Part shown: one piece after another, positions 1-7,794 of the stretch
How the letters are laid out: every line of letters begins with the position of its first letter
Numbering within the stretch: the stretch's first letter is position 1
NCBI GenBank assembly: GCA_943354165.1
Contig: CALRBH010000002.1
Location: forward strand, 5,734-69,733
Reading direction: 5' to 3'
Length of the DNA stretch: 64,000 bases
DNA from: Candidatus Uhrbacteria bacterium RIFOXYB12_FULL_58_10
GTDB lineage: Bacteria > Patescibacteriota > Patescibacteriia > UBA9934 > GWF2-40-263
The notes under the pieces: model-generated
What the model was told of the DNA's origin: nothing
Seen by the model: the letters and a program-made list of their open reading frames with translations, nothing else
Database searches by the model: none
Program-made: the position numbers and the translations under genes

Positions 1-193
1 CTTCCGCGGCACCTGCAGGAGTCGTAAAAGTGAATAGATGATTTGATGCGGCAGACGATTGCAGGCTCGTCGTGGAATCCGTAAGCGTGGTGACCGTCGC
101 TGCAAACGCCGCGAAAAACGGAAAGACGAGCGCTCCAAGGGCGCCCACGGCGAATATTCGACGGGTGAAGTTCTGCCAGATTTTCATAACGCA

Positions 194-1051
194 TTACGCG
201 TTTTTTCGGAGAGCTCGCAACCGCAGAAGCAAGCCGAGAACTAAGACGACGCAAAGCGTCGCCGCAATTCCCGCAAGTTCCTTCGGCCACACCGAGTACC
301 GGTATTCCCGGCGCTCGACTTCCCCTCCGTTCGCACTGACCTCGGCCACAACCGAGATCGGCCCAAACGCAAGGGACGTCAATTCGACATTGCCTTCATA
401 TTTTTCCGTCTGTCCGGGGAGCACCCGGTGGTCTACATCGGTGAAATCCTTCGACCATACCTCCTTCCCGAACATGTTTTGCGCCACAACGTTCACCTGT
501 GGAATGACATATGCGCTCCCCTGGTTTTGCACGTTTAAACTGAAGTGATCATTATCCGCCGCAAACGCTATGCCGAGTTTCTTGATGTTTTCTCCTGCCA
601 CATTGAGAAAAACCAAGCTCGCGACGCTCGTCGAAATTCCTCCAGATGAAGCAACGTTGCGTGGAGCGTCTGATACGACGATTGCTGCGTATTGCGCACC
701 CGCTTCAGCGTCCAGCGGAATAGCGACGCTAAACGGAACCGTTTTACGTTCTCCGGCCCTTAGCTGTATCGAAGCATTTGGAAGGGAGATCCATTCAGGG
801 AACCCGGAATGATCTTGCGTATATGGAATGAACTCCGGGGAGGAAGACTGTTCTCTCGCCGCAAATTTTAGCGTTGAGATGAAATAGGTGCGTGATCGGT
901 TCGTATCATTCGACACCGCGATCTCAGACTCGATCACTTCCCCACGGCGCCCGGCAAGATCAATGATTGCCGGAGACACTCCCATCGCAAACGCCCGCAT
1001 CGGGATGAGCGTGGCAAGTGCGACGATGATGGGAAGTAATCGGCGAATCAT
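194..1051 (-). CDS. cell-surface protein: N-terminal signal peptide, C-terminal TM anchor with basic tail (DUF916-like architecture)
   Basis: Minus-strand ORF track 194..1093, trimmed to internal Met (MIRRLLPIIVALATLIPMRAFA signal peptide). C-terminal hydrophobic segment plus LRLRALRKNA tail. Adjacent to the next secreted-protein gene (2-nt gap). Confidence 0.45.
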   Translation of the reverse strand: MIRRLLPIIVALATLIPMRAFAMGVSPAIIDLAGRRGEVIESEIAVSNDTNRSRTYFISTLKFAAREQSSSPEFIPYTQDHSGFPEWISLPNASIQLRAGERKTVPFSVAIPLDAEAGAQYAAIVVSDAPRNVASSGGISTSVASLVFLNVAGENIKKLGIAFAADNDHFSLNVQNQGSAYVIPQVNVVAQNMFGKEVWSKDFTDVDHRVLPGQTEKYEGNVELTSLAFGPISVVAEVSANGGEVERREYRYSVWPKELAGIAATLCVVLVLGLLLRLRALRKNA

Positions 1052-1052
1052 A

Positions 1053-1958
1053 TTAGTAGTTTGCGGACATGATAAAGGAGAGCGTATGTGCATATGCTGC
1101 CCCAGTTGTTGCTCCTGAAACCGATGCTTTCAACGTAACAAAGTCCCGGCTCTCAAATGAGGTGAAGGAACGACTGGTCACTTCTTGGAATCCAGTCGTG
1201 AATCCTGTGTCTGATGTATCAAACGTAGAACCTGAAAGCGTCGTGTCCGACGAACGGCCTCCGTACTCTTCTGAGCCAGTGGTTACTGCACCATCGCCGA
1301 CATCATTAATGTCATTCACACCGTTGCGCAGGTTCCCGTCATCAAAAACTTGAATGGTGTAGCCGTTATCGACTTCCGCATTCACGTCCATCCCAATGAG
1401 GGCTGTGCTTAATATCAGAGAATCCAATGTGCCAAAATCAACGGATGATCCAATAAGCACATAAAGAAAATCATTCGTGCCATTGATCGTTGGTGCAACT
1501 CCGCCATCCTTCAATTCATCCACAGTAATCGTTCCTACTCCAATGGAAATTATTTTTCCTACAGCAGAGACCTGACTAGCGCCCTTATCCTGAACCAATG
1601 CAACAAAATCCCCAACCGCTAATCCAGCGATTGAGGTGGTTATGGTCGTCCCGGCGCTGGCAGTAGCTGCTTGCTCTGTGGCGTTTGATTGTGCAGCGAC
1701 GACAAAGTTGATAACGCTATCAAAGATTCCGGCGCGGTACCCAGAAGAGAGTTGGAAGGTGGTACCGACTGAATCGCCTGGACCATTGGCTTCAGTGGAA
1801 TCGCGTAACTGGAAGCTGGCAGAAGAACTCGTATCTAGCCCACTAGAACCCACGTTATCGAAGCGAACCTCAAAATTCGAAGATGACATCTCCGCAGAGA
1901 CAACACCCACGATCAAAAACACCCCCACAATTGCAACGGCGACCGATGCAATACGCAT
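1053..1958 (-). CDS. secreted Ser/Thr/Gly/Asp-rich protein, probable surface partner of the downstream anchor protein
   Basis: ORF with clear signal peptide MRIASVAVAIVGVFLIVGVVSA. Low-complexity S/T/G/D-rich body. Operon-like arrangement with 194..1051. Confidence 0.45.
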   Translation of the reverse strand: MRIASVAVAIVGVFLIVGVVSAEMSSSNFEVRFDNVGSSGLDTSSSASFQLRDSTEANGPGDSVGTTFQLSSGYRAGIFDSVINFVVAAQSNATEQAATASAGTTITTSIAGLAVGDFVALVQDKGASQVSAVGKIISIGVGTITVDELKDGGVAPTINGTNDFLYVLIGSSVDFGTLDSLILSTALIGMDVNAEVDNGYTIQVFDDGNLRNGVNDINDVGDGAVTTGSEEYGGRSSDTTLSGSTFDTSDTGFTTGFQEVTSRSFTSFESRDFVTLKASVSGATTGAAYAHTLSFIMSANY

Positions 1959-2281
1959 AATCGTTGCTTTCGGGAAGTATTATACCTTGAATACAAGTTT
2001 GAGTCAATCATTTATTTAGCTGGGTTGAGTTATATAATCCAGTAAAAATGATCAAATTTCCTTTATTTTAGTAAAAATAGCTATAAAAATCGAATATTTT
2101 ACACCGATTCCTTATTTATTCAAATTTGGCTACACTGTTGTAGACAAACGTTGATTAAATACAGAATTTGCTTCGTGTGAAACACTGTTTCTCACAATTA
2201 ACTTCTTTCTATAATAGATAATATGTAATAGTGCGATATTCCGAGTATTGTTTTGAGTAATTATGTATTGTTATAAACAAA

Positions 2282-2310
2282 AAACTCTCTGAATATCTTA
2301 GAGAGTTTTT
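2282..2310. terminator. intrinsic terminator hairpin (bidirectional)
   Basis: aaaactctct-gaatatctta-gagagtttttt: perfect 10-bp stem flanked by A-run and T-run, immediately 3' of the minus-strand tRNA. Confidence 0.6.
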
Positions 2311-2386
2311 TGGTGGACTTGAGGAGAGTCGAATTCCTGACCTCTGTAATGCGAATGCAGCGATCTATCAACTGAGCTACAAGCCC
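2311..2386 (-). tRNA. tRNA-Ala(CGC)-like, possibly degenerate (three stem mismatches)
   Basis: The reverse complement gives a 76-nt cloverleaf: GGGCTTG acceptor with G3:U70, anticodon loop TTCGCAT (CGC), variable loop AGGTC, T-loop TTCGACT and encoded CCA. Mismatches at 11:24, 30:40 and 53:61 leave function uncertain. Confidence 0.5.
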
Positions 2387-2727
2387 GAAATGGGCCGCTT
2401 CGCTCCCTCAGGCACGAGTCTGGCCAAAATCAATTGTCGATGACCGAGCTCACGCAGGCAGAAGCAAATTTTTTTGACAGCCATACCATCCGTAAAAGAC
2501 ATGAGCGGCGAATGAGGTCTTGCAAACTTAGTTACAAGCCCATCGAATCGCCTCAAAAATTCTTATCGAATTACATTGTAATGAACTTCGTTGAACTGCA
2601 TCCTAACCATTCCTTACAAATTCCTTCCTCTGATCCACATGAAACAAACTTATGAGGATAGAGTTTTGCACAGGGGTTAACAACCTGTGTATAACTTCCG
2701 TTACAAAACGAACTTTTTTGAAATGTG

Positions 2728-2802
2728 TGGTGCCCCCAGAGGGAATTGAACCCCCATCTTGTCCTTAGGACGGACCTGCTCTATCCGTTGAGCTACGGGA
2801 GC
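2728..2802 (-). tRNA. tRNA-Arg(CCT)
   Basis: The reverse complement folds as a 75-nt cloverleaf: acceptor GCTCCCG/TGGGGGC, D-arm GCTC-AACGGATA-GAGC, anticodon loop GTCCTAA (CCT), T-arm GGGGG-TTCAATT-CCCTC, CCA encoded. Confidence 0.8.
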
Positions 2803-2940
2803 GTGATGCTTTCAATAGTCTTGAATTATTGAAACTACTCGATGACCTATGCGTCGTAAAACGAATAGATATTTTCAATAGTGCTATACTGTTCGCGCTG
2901 GTAGTTTACGAAATTTGGAACTCATCGTCAAAGCATTCAT

Positions 2941-4059
2941 ATGGAATCTGCTTATCTCATTGCAATCATTGTCATTGGAGTTGTCCTTGCAGCAATTCTC
3001 CTATTGCGATCGCGCTCCTCTTCTATAGGGTCAACGCAGGACTCCGCGCAGATCGTCAAAATCGTGAATGATATCCGTCGCGAACTTGGCGAAATTACCA
3101 ACAAATCCCGCACCGAGGTTCAGGAACGACTCGATCGCATGGATGATCGGTTGAGTGTGAACCTCAACAAGTCCGTTGAGATGCTGCAGAAGCACACAAC
3201 CCAGACATCAACGATCGTTCGCGACGTTACCGAAAAACTTACGAAGCTTGATGAGACAAATAAGCAGGTCCTTGGGTTTTCCGAACAGCTTCAGAGCCTG
3301 GAAAACATCTTGAAAAACCCAAAGCAGCGCGGAATCCTTGGTGAATATTGGTTAGAAACGCTTCTCGGCCAAGTATTGCAGCCAACCCAGTATCAGATGC
3401 AGTACGACCTGGGTGTCGACGAGGACACGAAGGCAAAGCTGATTCCTGACGCCGTTCTTTTCGTAAAAGAAATGTTGATACCTATTGACGCAAAGTTTTC
3501 TTTGGAGAATTACAATAGGATTTCCGTAGAAAATGACCCTTCGAAACGCGAGCTGTTGGAGCGTGAGTTCAAAAGCGACGTCAAAAAGCGTATCGATGAG
3601 ACCTCAAAGTACATTCATCCAGAACGCGGGACCACAAACTTCGCCTTCATGTTCGTCCCAGCCGAAGGGGTCTATCACAACCTTATCGGCTCCAATGTCG
3701 GCGCCGTACAGGTAAACTCCAGAAATCTCATCGAATATGCCTTCGAAAAAGGCGTCATGATCGTCTCTCCTACTTCCTTCTTCGCCTACCTCCAAACCGT
3801 ATTGCTTGGCCTACGCGCCCTGCAGATCGAAGACTCGGTAAAAGAGATCCAGCAACAGGCCGAACACCTCATGCGCCACCTCAAAGCTTATGAGGATTAT
3901 CACAACAAGGTAGGGAAACACTTGGAAACAACGGTAAGGGCCTTTGGAGATGCATCAGGGGAGCTTAAGAAGATTGATAAGGATATCTTCAAGATTACGG
4001 AGGGAAAGGCAGGAAAGGAGCTGAGTCCGGTTGAAATCCCACGAATCGACCTCGCATAA
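2941..4059 (+). CDS. rmuC: DNA recombination protein RmuC
   Basis: N-terminal TM helix, long coiled-coil region, and a conserved nuclease-like core (NPKQRGILGEYWLETLL, FMFVPAEGVY) typical of the RmuC family. Confidence 0.8.
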   Translation: MESAYLIAIIVIGVVLAAILLLRSRSSSIGSTQDSAQIVKIVNDIRRELGEITNKSRTEVQERLDRMDDRLSVNLNKSVEMLQKHTTQTSTIVRDVTEKLTKLDETNKQVLGFSEQLQSLENILKNPKQRGILGEYWLETLLGQVLQPTQYQMQYDLGVDEDTKAKLIPDAVLFVKEMLIPIDAKFSLENYNRISVENDPSKRELLEREFKSDVKKRIDETSKYIHPERGTTNFAFMFVPAEGVYHNLIGSNVGAVQVNSRNLIEYAFEKGVMIVSPTSFFAYLQTVLLGLRALQIEDSVKEIQQQAEHLMRHLKAYEDYHNKVGKHLETTVRAFGDASGELKKIDKDIFKITEGKAGKELSPVEIPRIDLA

Positions 4060-4205
4060 CCTTGGCTTTATTGACAAATCAGGCCATTCCGCTACACTCT
4101 GCCCACGCACCGTAATATCGATCATGCTCTCAACTGATCGATAGAACAAAAATTTGTTCCGTAATTCCGTAATTTAGTACGTTCCGTACTTCTGCAACAT
4201 CCGCT

Positions 4206-4478
4206 ATGCCAAACATGGAAAACGCCAAGAAGGCGCACCGCCAGTCCCTGAAGCGTGCCCAGCGCAACCAGATTGCAAAGGACACCATTCACTCCCTGCG
4301 CGTCGCCTTCCGCAAGGCCATCGCCGCCAAGAAGACAGATGAGGCAGCAACGCTTGCTCGCTCCATCGGAAAGTCTCTCGATAAAGCCGTCGCGAAGGGA
4401 ATCATGAAGCTCAACACGGTGTCTCGCACCAAGAGCCGCATGATGAAGAACCTCAACGCCTCAGTGAAGACGAAGTAA
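4206..4478 (+). CDS. rpsT: 30S ribosomal protein S20
   Basis: 90-aa basic protein (MPNMENAKKAHRQSLKRAQRNQ ...) with S20-like sequence and size. Confidence 0.85.
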   Translation: MPNMENAKKAHRQSLKRAQRNQIAKDTIHSLRVAFRKAIAAKKTDEAATLARSIGKSLDKAVAKGIMKLNTVSRTKSRMMKNLNASVKTK

Positions 4479-4486
4479 ACAACAAA

Positions 4487-4568
4487 CTCCAAACGACAAA
4501 GAAAGACAGAAAACGACAAAAGATAAAATCATTTGTCGTTTTTTGTTTTCCCTTTTCTTTGTCGTTTG
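4487..4568. repeat. AACGACAAA-type imperfect palindrome (long hairpin) between convergent rpsT and holA
   Basis: aaacgacaaagaaagacagaaaacgacaaaag ... tgtcgttttttgttttcccttttctttgtcgtttg. A second member of the family is at 43225..43357. Confidence 0.6.
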
Positions 4569-4609
4569 CCCCTGCCGGAGCCAGCAGGCGAGGAAAATCA
4601 GTTTGTTGT

Positions 4610-5626
4610 TTATCGAATGAGTCCTGTCACCAACAACTCTACCGCCGCATCAGGTTCCATTCCTCCACGTTTTGTTTCTCGATCAAAGTGAAATGCATCT
4701 TCGTGCAATCGTTTTAATTCTGCGGTCGAATATTTTTTTGCGTGCGCTAAAAGTTTTTGCGCAACGAACGGATGCACACCGAGAGCTTCGGCAACATCTG
4801 CCTTCGACGCTCCGGGCTGCTCGTCGAAAAGACTGCACACGGAAAGAAGTAAACGAATCTGTCGCGTGAGCATCGTGAGAAGATAATACGCATTTGATCC
4901 GGCATCGCGCTCCTGCATGAGCGCCTCAACCGCTTCACCTTTCCTGTTCGATGCGAGCGCATCCATGAACGCAAACGTGTCGCTTGTCGCCGACGGACGC
5001 ACGAGTAACTCGACCGAAGCACGATCGATCGGTGCGTCGTTCGCATACGCAACGAGCTTATCGATTTCATTCGTGAGCCGCACAATGTCGTCTCCGGCGC
5101 GCGTGCAAAGTTCACGCGTCGCATCCGGTTTGATCGATGCGTTTAATTTTTGTATTCGCTCTTTCACCCATGTTTCAAGGGCGATTCCTTCAGGAACGCG
5201 GAACGGATAGAAATGAATGTCGGTCCAAGTTTTTAGTTCCTTGCACGCGGGCTTTTTTTCAAACGCGTCTACATCGGCATCTTCCCATACGATCGCAATC
5301 GTACTTTCTGGCGTGCGACGAAGTGCTTCAAGAATTTTTTCTGCTGCATCTTTTTTTGCATCGCCGAATGCGTTCTTCAGAATCACCATTCGACGTGGAG
5401 ACAGGAAGGGAAGTGAGGTGATCGCGGTGAGCGCCTCCGACATTTTAAACTTCTCCCCACCTGCGCGAGGGAACCGGTCGACGTTAAGGCCGGTTGGATC
5501 GAACTTTTTTTTGAACGCCAATTCAAGCTCGGAGACCTTCTCCTGGGCGCGGATGGCATCAGATCCGTAGACGACGAGAACCATATTGCGGGCATCGTAC
5601 AGGCAGGGGAATGAGTTGACAAACAA
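4610..5626 (-). CDS. holA: DNA polymerase III delta subunit
   Basis: 338-aa ORF with HolA-like N-terminal AAA+-like region and length. Start uncertain (TTG at 5626 or ATG at 5584, MVLVVYGSD). Confidence 0.7.
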   Translation of the reverse strand: MFVNSFPCLYDARNMVLVVYGSDAIRAQEKVSELELAFKKKFDPTGLNVDRFPRAGGEKFKMSEALTAITSLPFLSPRRMVILKNAFGDAKKDAAEKILEALRRTPESTIAIVWEDADVDAFEKKPACKELKTWTDIHFYPFRVPEGIALETWVKERIQKLNASIKPDATRELCTRAGDDIVRLTNEIDKLVAYANDAPIDRASVELLVRPSATSDTFAFMDALASNRKGEAVEALMQERDAGSNAYYLLTMLTRQIRLLLSVCSLFDEQPGASKADVAEALGVHPFVAQKLLAHAKKYSTAELKRLHEDAFHFDRETKRGGMEPDAAVELLVTGLIR

Positions 5627-5673
5627 AGATATTCCCGATACATTTCTTCGTCATCAACAAGCGGAGGTGCCCG

Positions 5674-6363
5674 ATGACGCAGGAAAAGAGTCGTGGTCTT
5701 TACACCAGTGTCGAAGGCGGCCGTCCGGTCGGATCCGACGAGTTCAAGAAGCTCCTGACGAGCTTCATTTTGGACACGTCCACGTCCATGCGGGAGTTCG
5801 CTGACATCCCGCGCGGCGAGGTGAACCATTTCATCCGGAACCTCAAAAACTCCGGGTTCTCAAAGTACTTCTCTGTCGGTGTCATTGGGTTCGACGGCGA
5901 GATGCGGGCCCTGATGCCAACCAGCGACGTCAAGTCGTGTCCGCTGCTGGCATCCTACGACTTCCGTCGAGGATCGCATCTGTACGACACCGTCCTCCAC
6001 ACGATCGAGGACCTGCTGCCGCGGGTAGACGCGGAAGGCGAACGCGGCTGCGAGTTGCTGATCGACTTGCTTGTCATCACCGACGGAGAAGACTCCGGTT
6101 CCGCACACAAGGTGCGAGAGTCACTCAACATCGCGAGCGCGCGGGCCAAGAACGCAGGGTTCCAGCTCGTACTCGGCGGCATCGGCGTCAACGCAGCAGA
6201 AATCGCCGAGGAGATGGGGTTCCCGCCTTCCAAGGCCTATTCCATCAATCGTTCGGGATCAGGCGTCCATAAGGTGATGCGCAGCGTCACGGAGCGAAGT
6301 CGTTCCACAGTGGACCCCATTCAGCCTCCCAACCGACCCGACCTCACGAGGCGCAAGCCATGA
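5674..6363 (+). CDS. von Willebrand factor A (vWA) domain protein
   Basis: MIDAS-like DTSTSM motif near the N-terminus, ITDGEDS later. RBS gcggaggtg upstream of the ATG. Confidence 0.65.
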   Translation: MTQEKSRGLYTSVEGGRPVGSDEFKKLLTSFILDTSTSMREFADIPRGEVNHFIRNLKNSGFSKYFSVGVIGFDGEMRALMPTSDVKSCPLLASYDFRRGSHLYDTVLHTIEDLLPRVDAEGERGCELLIDLLVITDGEDSGSAHKVRESLNIASARAKNAGFQLVLGGIGVNAAEIAEEMGFPPSKAYSINRSGSGVHKVMRSVTERSRSTVDPIQPPNRPDLTRRKP

Positions 6364-6370
6364 ACGATAC

Positions 6371-6405
6371 GCAAAACCCCGCCATAACAGGCGGGGTTTT
6401 TTCTT
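6371..6405 (+). terminator. intrinsic terminator (aaaaccccgcc-ataacag-gcggggtttttt)
   Basis: GC-rich 7-bp stem plus T-run. A near-identical copy is at 7699..7733. Confidence 0.7.
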
Positions 6406-6416
6406 ATTTCATGATT

Positions 6417-6680
6417 CTAGTCGTAAACATTGTGGTCTCCGACCGCGAGCAAATATGCTTCCTGTGGTTTGGTCGATAAATACCTAAAAACGATTCGTAT
6501 CTTGTAATTGACTGAGAAGCTGAGCCGATCCTTTATGCTCCCTGAGAGTTTATGTACCTTCAATGAACGATGATTGCCTACATCCTTAAATGACTCGACT
6601 TTCTCAACAATCTCATCTTGAAGATCGGCTGGAAGATAATTATACGCCCGCACAAAGCTCGGTGAGAATGATACGAGCAT
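6417..6680 (-). CDS. parE: type II toxin, RelE/ParE superfamily
   Basis: 87-aa product from an internal Met (MLVSFSPSFVRAYNYLPADLQDEIVEKVESF ... YKIRIVFRYLSTKPQEAYLLAVGDHNVYD). C-terminal motif matches the RelE/ParE fold. 10 nt downstream of the RHH antitoxin gene. Confidence 0.7.
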   Translation of the reverse strand: MLVSFSPSFVRAYNYLPADLQDEIVEKVESFKDVGNHRSLKVHKLSGSIKDRLSFSVNYKIRIVFRYLSTKPQEAYLLAVGDHNVYD

Positions 6681-6690
6681 ACGAAATATG

Positions 6691-6912
6691 CTAACGAATC
6701 TTCTTTGCAAGTTCTCGCAAGTCTCCACGCAGGATTTTCCCTTCTCGCAACTCTTGCTCGGATCGTAAAACCGCCTCCACCGCCTGGTCCTCCGCATATC
6801 GTTGAAGCGCCTGTCGAACAACCGTAGCTTTATTCGGCGCAATCCCTCGACGAATCATGTCGCGGATAAATGTCTCGAGGCTAGCTGGGATAGGGACGGA
6901 GATGGTGGACAT
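6691..6912 (-). CDS. parD: ribbon-helix-helix antitoxin (ParD/CopG-like)
   Basis: 73 aa, MSTISVPIPASLETFIRDMIRRGIAPNKATVVRQALQRYAE is typical RHH antitoxin. Immediately upstream of the toxin on the same strand. Confidence 0.7.
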   Translation of the reverse strand: MSTISVPIPASLETFIRDMIRRGIAPNKATVVRQALQRYAEDQAVEAVLRSEQELREGKILRGDLRELAKKIR

Positions 6913-6967
6913 ATGATGATTAAGTATGAAGATATCATACGATTGTATTCACATTGATGTCAATACA

Positions 6968-6996
6968 TTGACAATCTACGGAATTTTTGCTAGATT
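6968..6996 (+). promoter_or_regulatory. sigma70-like promoter TTGACA-N17-TAGATT
   Basis: Read directly; followed by RBS aggagga and the ATG of 7014. Confidence 0.55.
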
Positions 6997-7013
6997 CGGT
7001 TTAGGAGGAACAC

Positions 7014-7517
7014 ATGGATTTATACTACAAGCCGTTCTTTGTGGAGCTTCAAAAAGCAGAGATCTCATACGTGCTGTGCGGAGGTCTGGCGATTATCCTG
7101 CATGGATACAGGAGATTTACTTCAGACATCGATGTTGCTGTATCTTTCAAGACAGAGAATATACAGTCGTTCGTCGAAGTCATGGAAAAGCTGGGATACA
7201 AGCCCCGTGCTCCAGTTCCAGCCATGGAACTCATTGATCCGGAAAAACGAAGGGAATGGAGAGAGGAGAAGAACGCACGTGTGTTCACGTTCTTTGACCC
7301 CTCGCATCCTTATCGGCAGATCGACACATTTATCGAGGAGGTCATCCCATTTGAAGATCTGCTCGCCGCAAGCATCCTGAAAGAGGACAGTGATCTAAAA
7401 ATTCGTATCGCTTCAATTGAGCATCTTTTGAAAATGAAGCGAAACATTCAACCACCACGGCCGCATGATGAGCTTGATATCATCATGCTGGAAAAGATGC
7501 TGCAAGAAAGGAAGTGA
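7014..7517 (+). CDS. nucleotidyltransferase (Pol-beta superfamily; AbiEii/MNT-like)
   Basis: N-terminal LCGGLAIILHGYRRFTSDIDVAV matches the GG/GS-x-DxD nucleotidyltransferase signature. 167 aa. Confidence 0.55.
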   Translation: MDLYYKPFFVELQKAEISYVLCGGLAIILHGYRRFTSDIDVAVSFKTENIQSFVEVMEKLGYKPRAPVPAMELIDPEKRREWREEKNARVFTFFDPSHPYRQIDTFIEEVIPFEDLLAASILKEDSDLKIRIASIEHLLKMKRNIQPPRPHDELDIIMLEKMLQERK

Positions 7518-7698
7518 CAATGAACAAGTTGGATCAACCACAAGAAGAGGAATGGACATTGTCGATGACCTTTCAATGGCTGGAAGAAGCCGCAGAGTTT
7601 CTTTGTGGAATGGGGGCGCTGAAGACGAAGGAAGACAAGTCGTCTGAGCTGAACTCCGAACCACAAGTGAACTAGAAAGCAGCGACGCGTCGATCAAC

Positions 7699-7733
7699 GC
7701 CAAACCCCGCCTTAACCAGCGGGGCTTTTTTTA
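7699..7733 (+). terminator. intrinsic terminator (aaaccccgcc-ttaacca-gcggggcttttttt)
   Basis: Near-duplicate of the 6371..6405 terminator, including the trailing ttatttc. Confidence 0.7.
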
Positions 7734-7794
7734 TTTCGTTATCAGTTTTCTGAACCTCATGGGATCCTTCGTCGCCAAGGGAGACGTGAGCTCC

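Noticed and set aside
72-548. 158-aa plus-strand ORF at the window start
   Set aside because: Overlaps the better-supported minus-strand secreted-protein gene 194..1051. No signal or domain features.
2434-2655. 73-aa ORF between the two tRNAs
   Set aside because: No RBS or promoter, no conserved features. Lies in a tRNA spacer, so likely non-coding.
7520-7675. 51-codon ORF downstream of the nucleotidyltransferase gene (MNKLDQPQEEEWTLSMTFQWLEEAAEFLCGMGALKTKEDKSSELNSEPQVN)
   Set aside because: Plausible partner gene, but no RBS and too short for a known HEPN/AbiEi domain. Mentioned only as a possibility in the findings.
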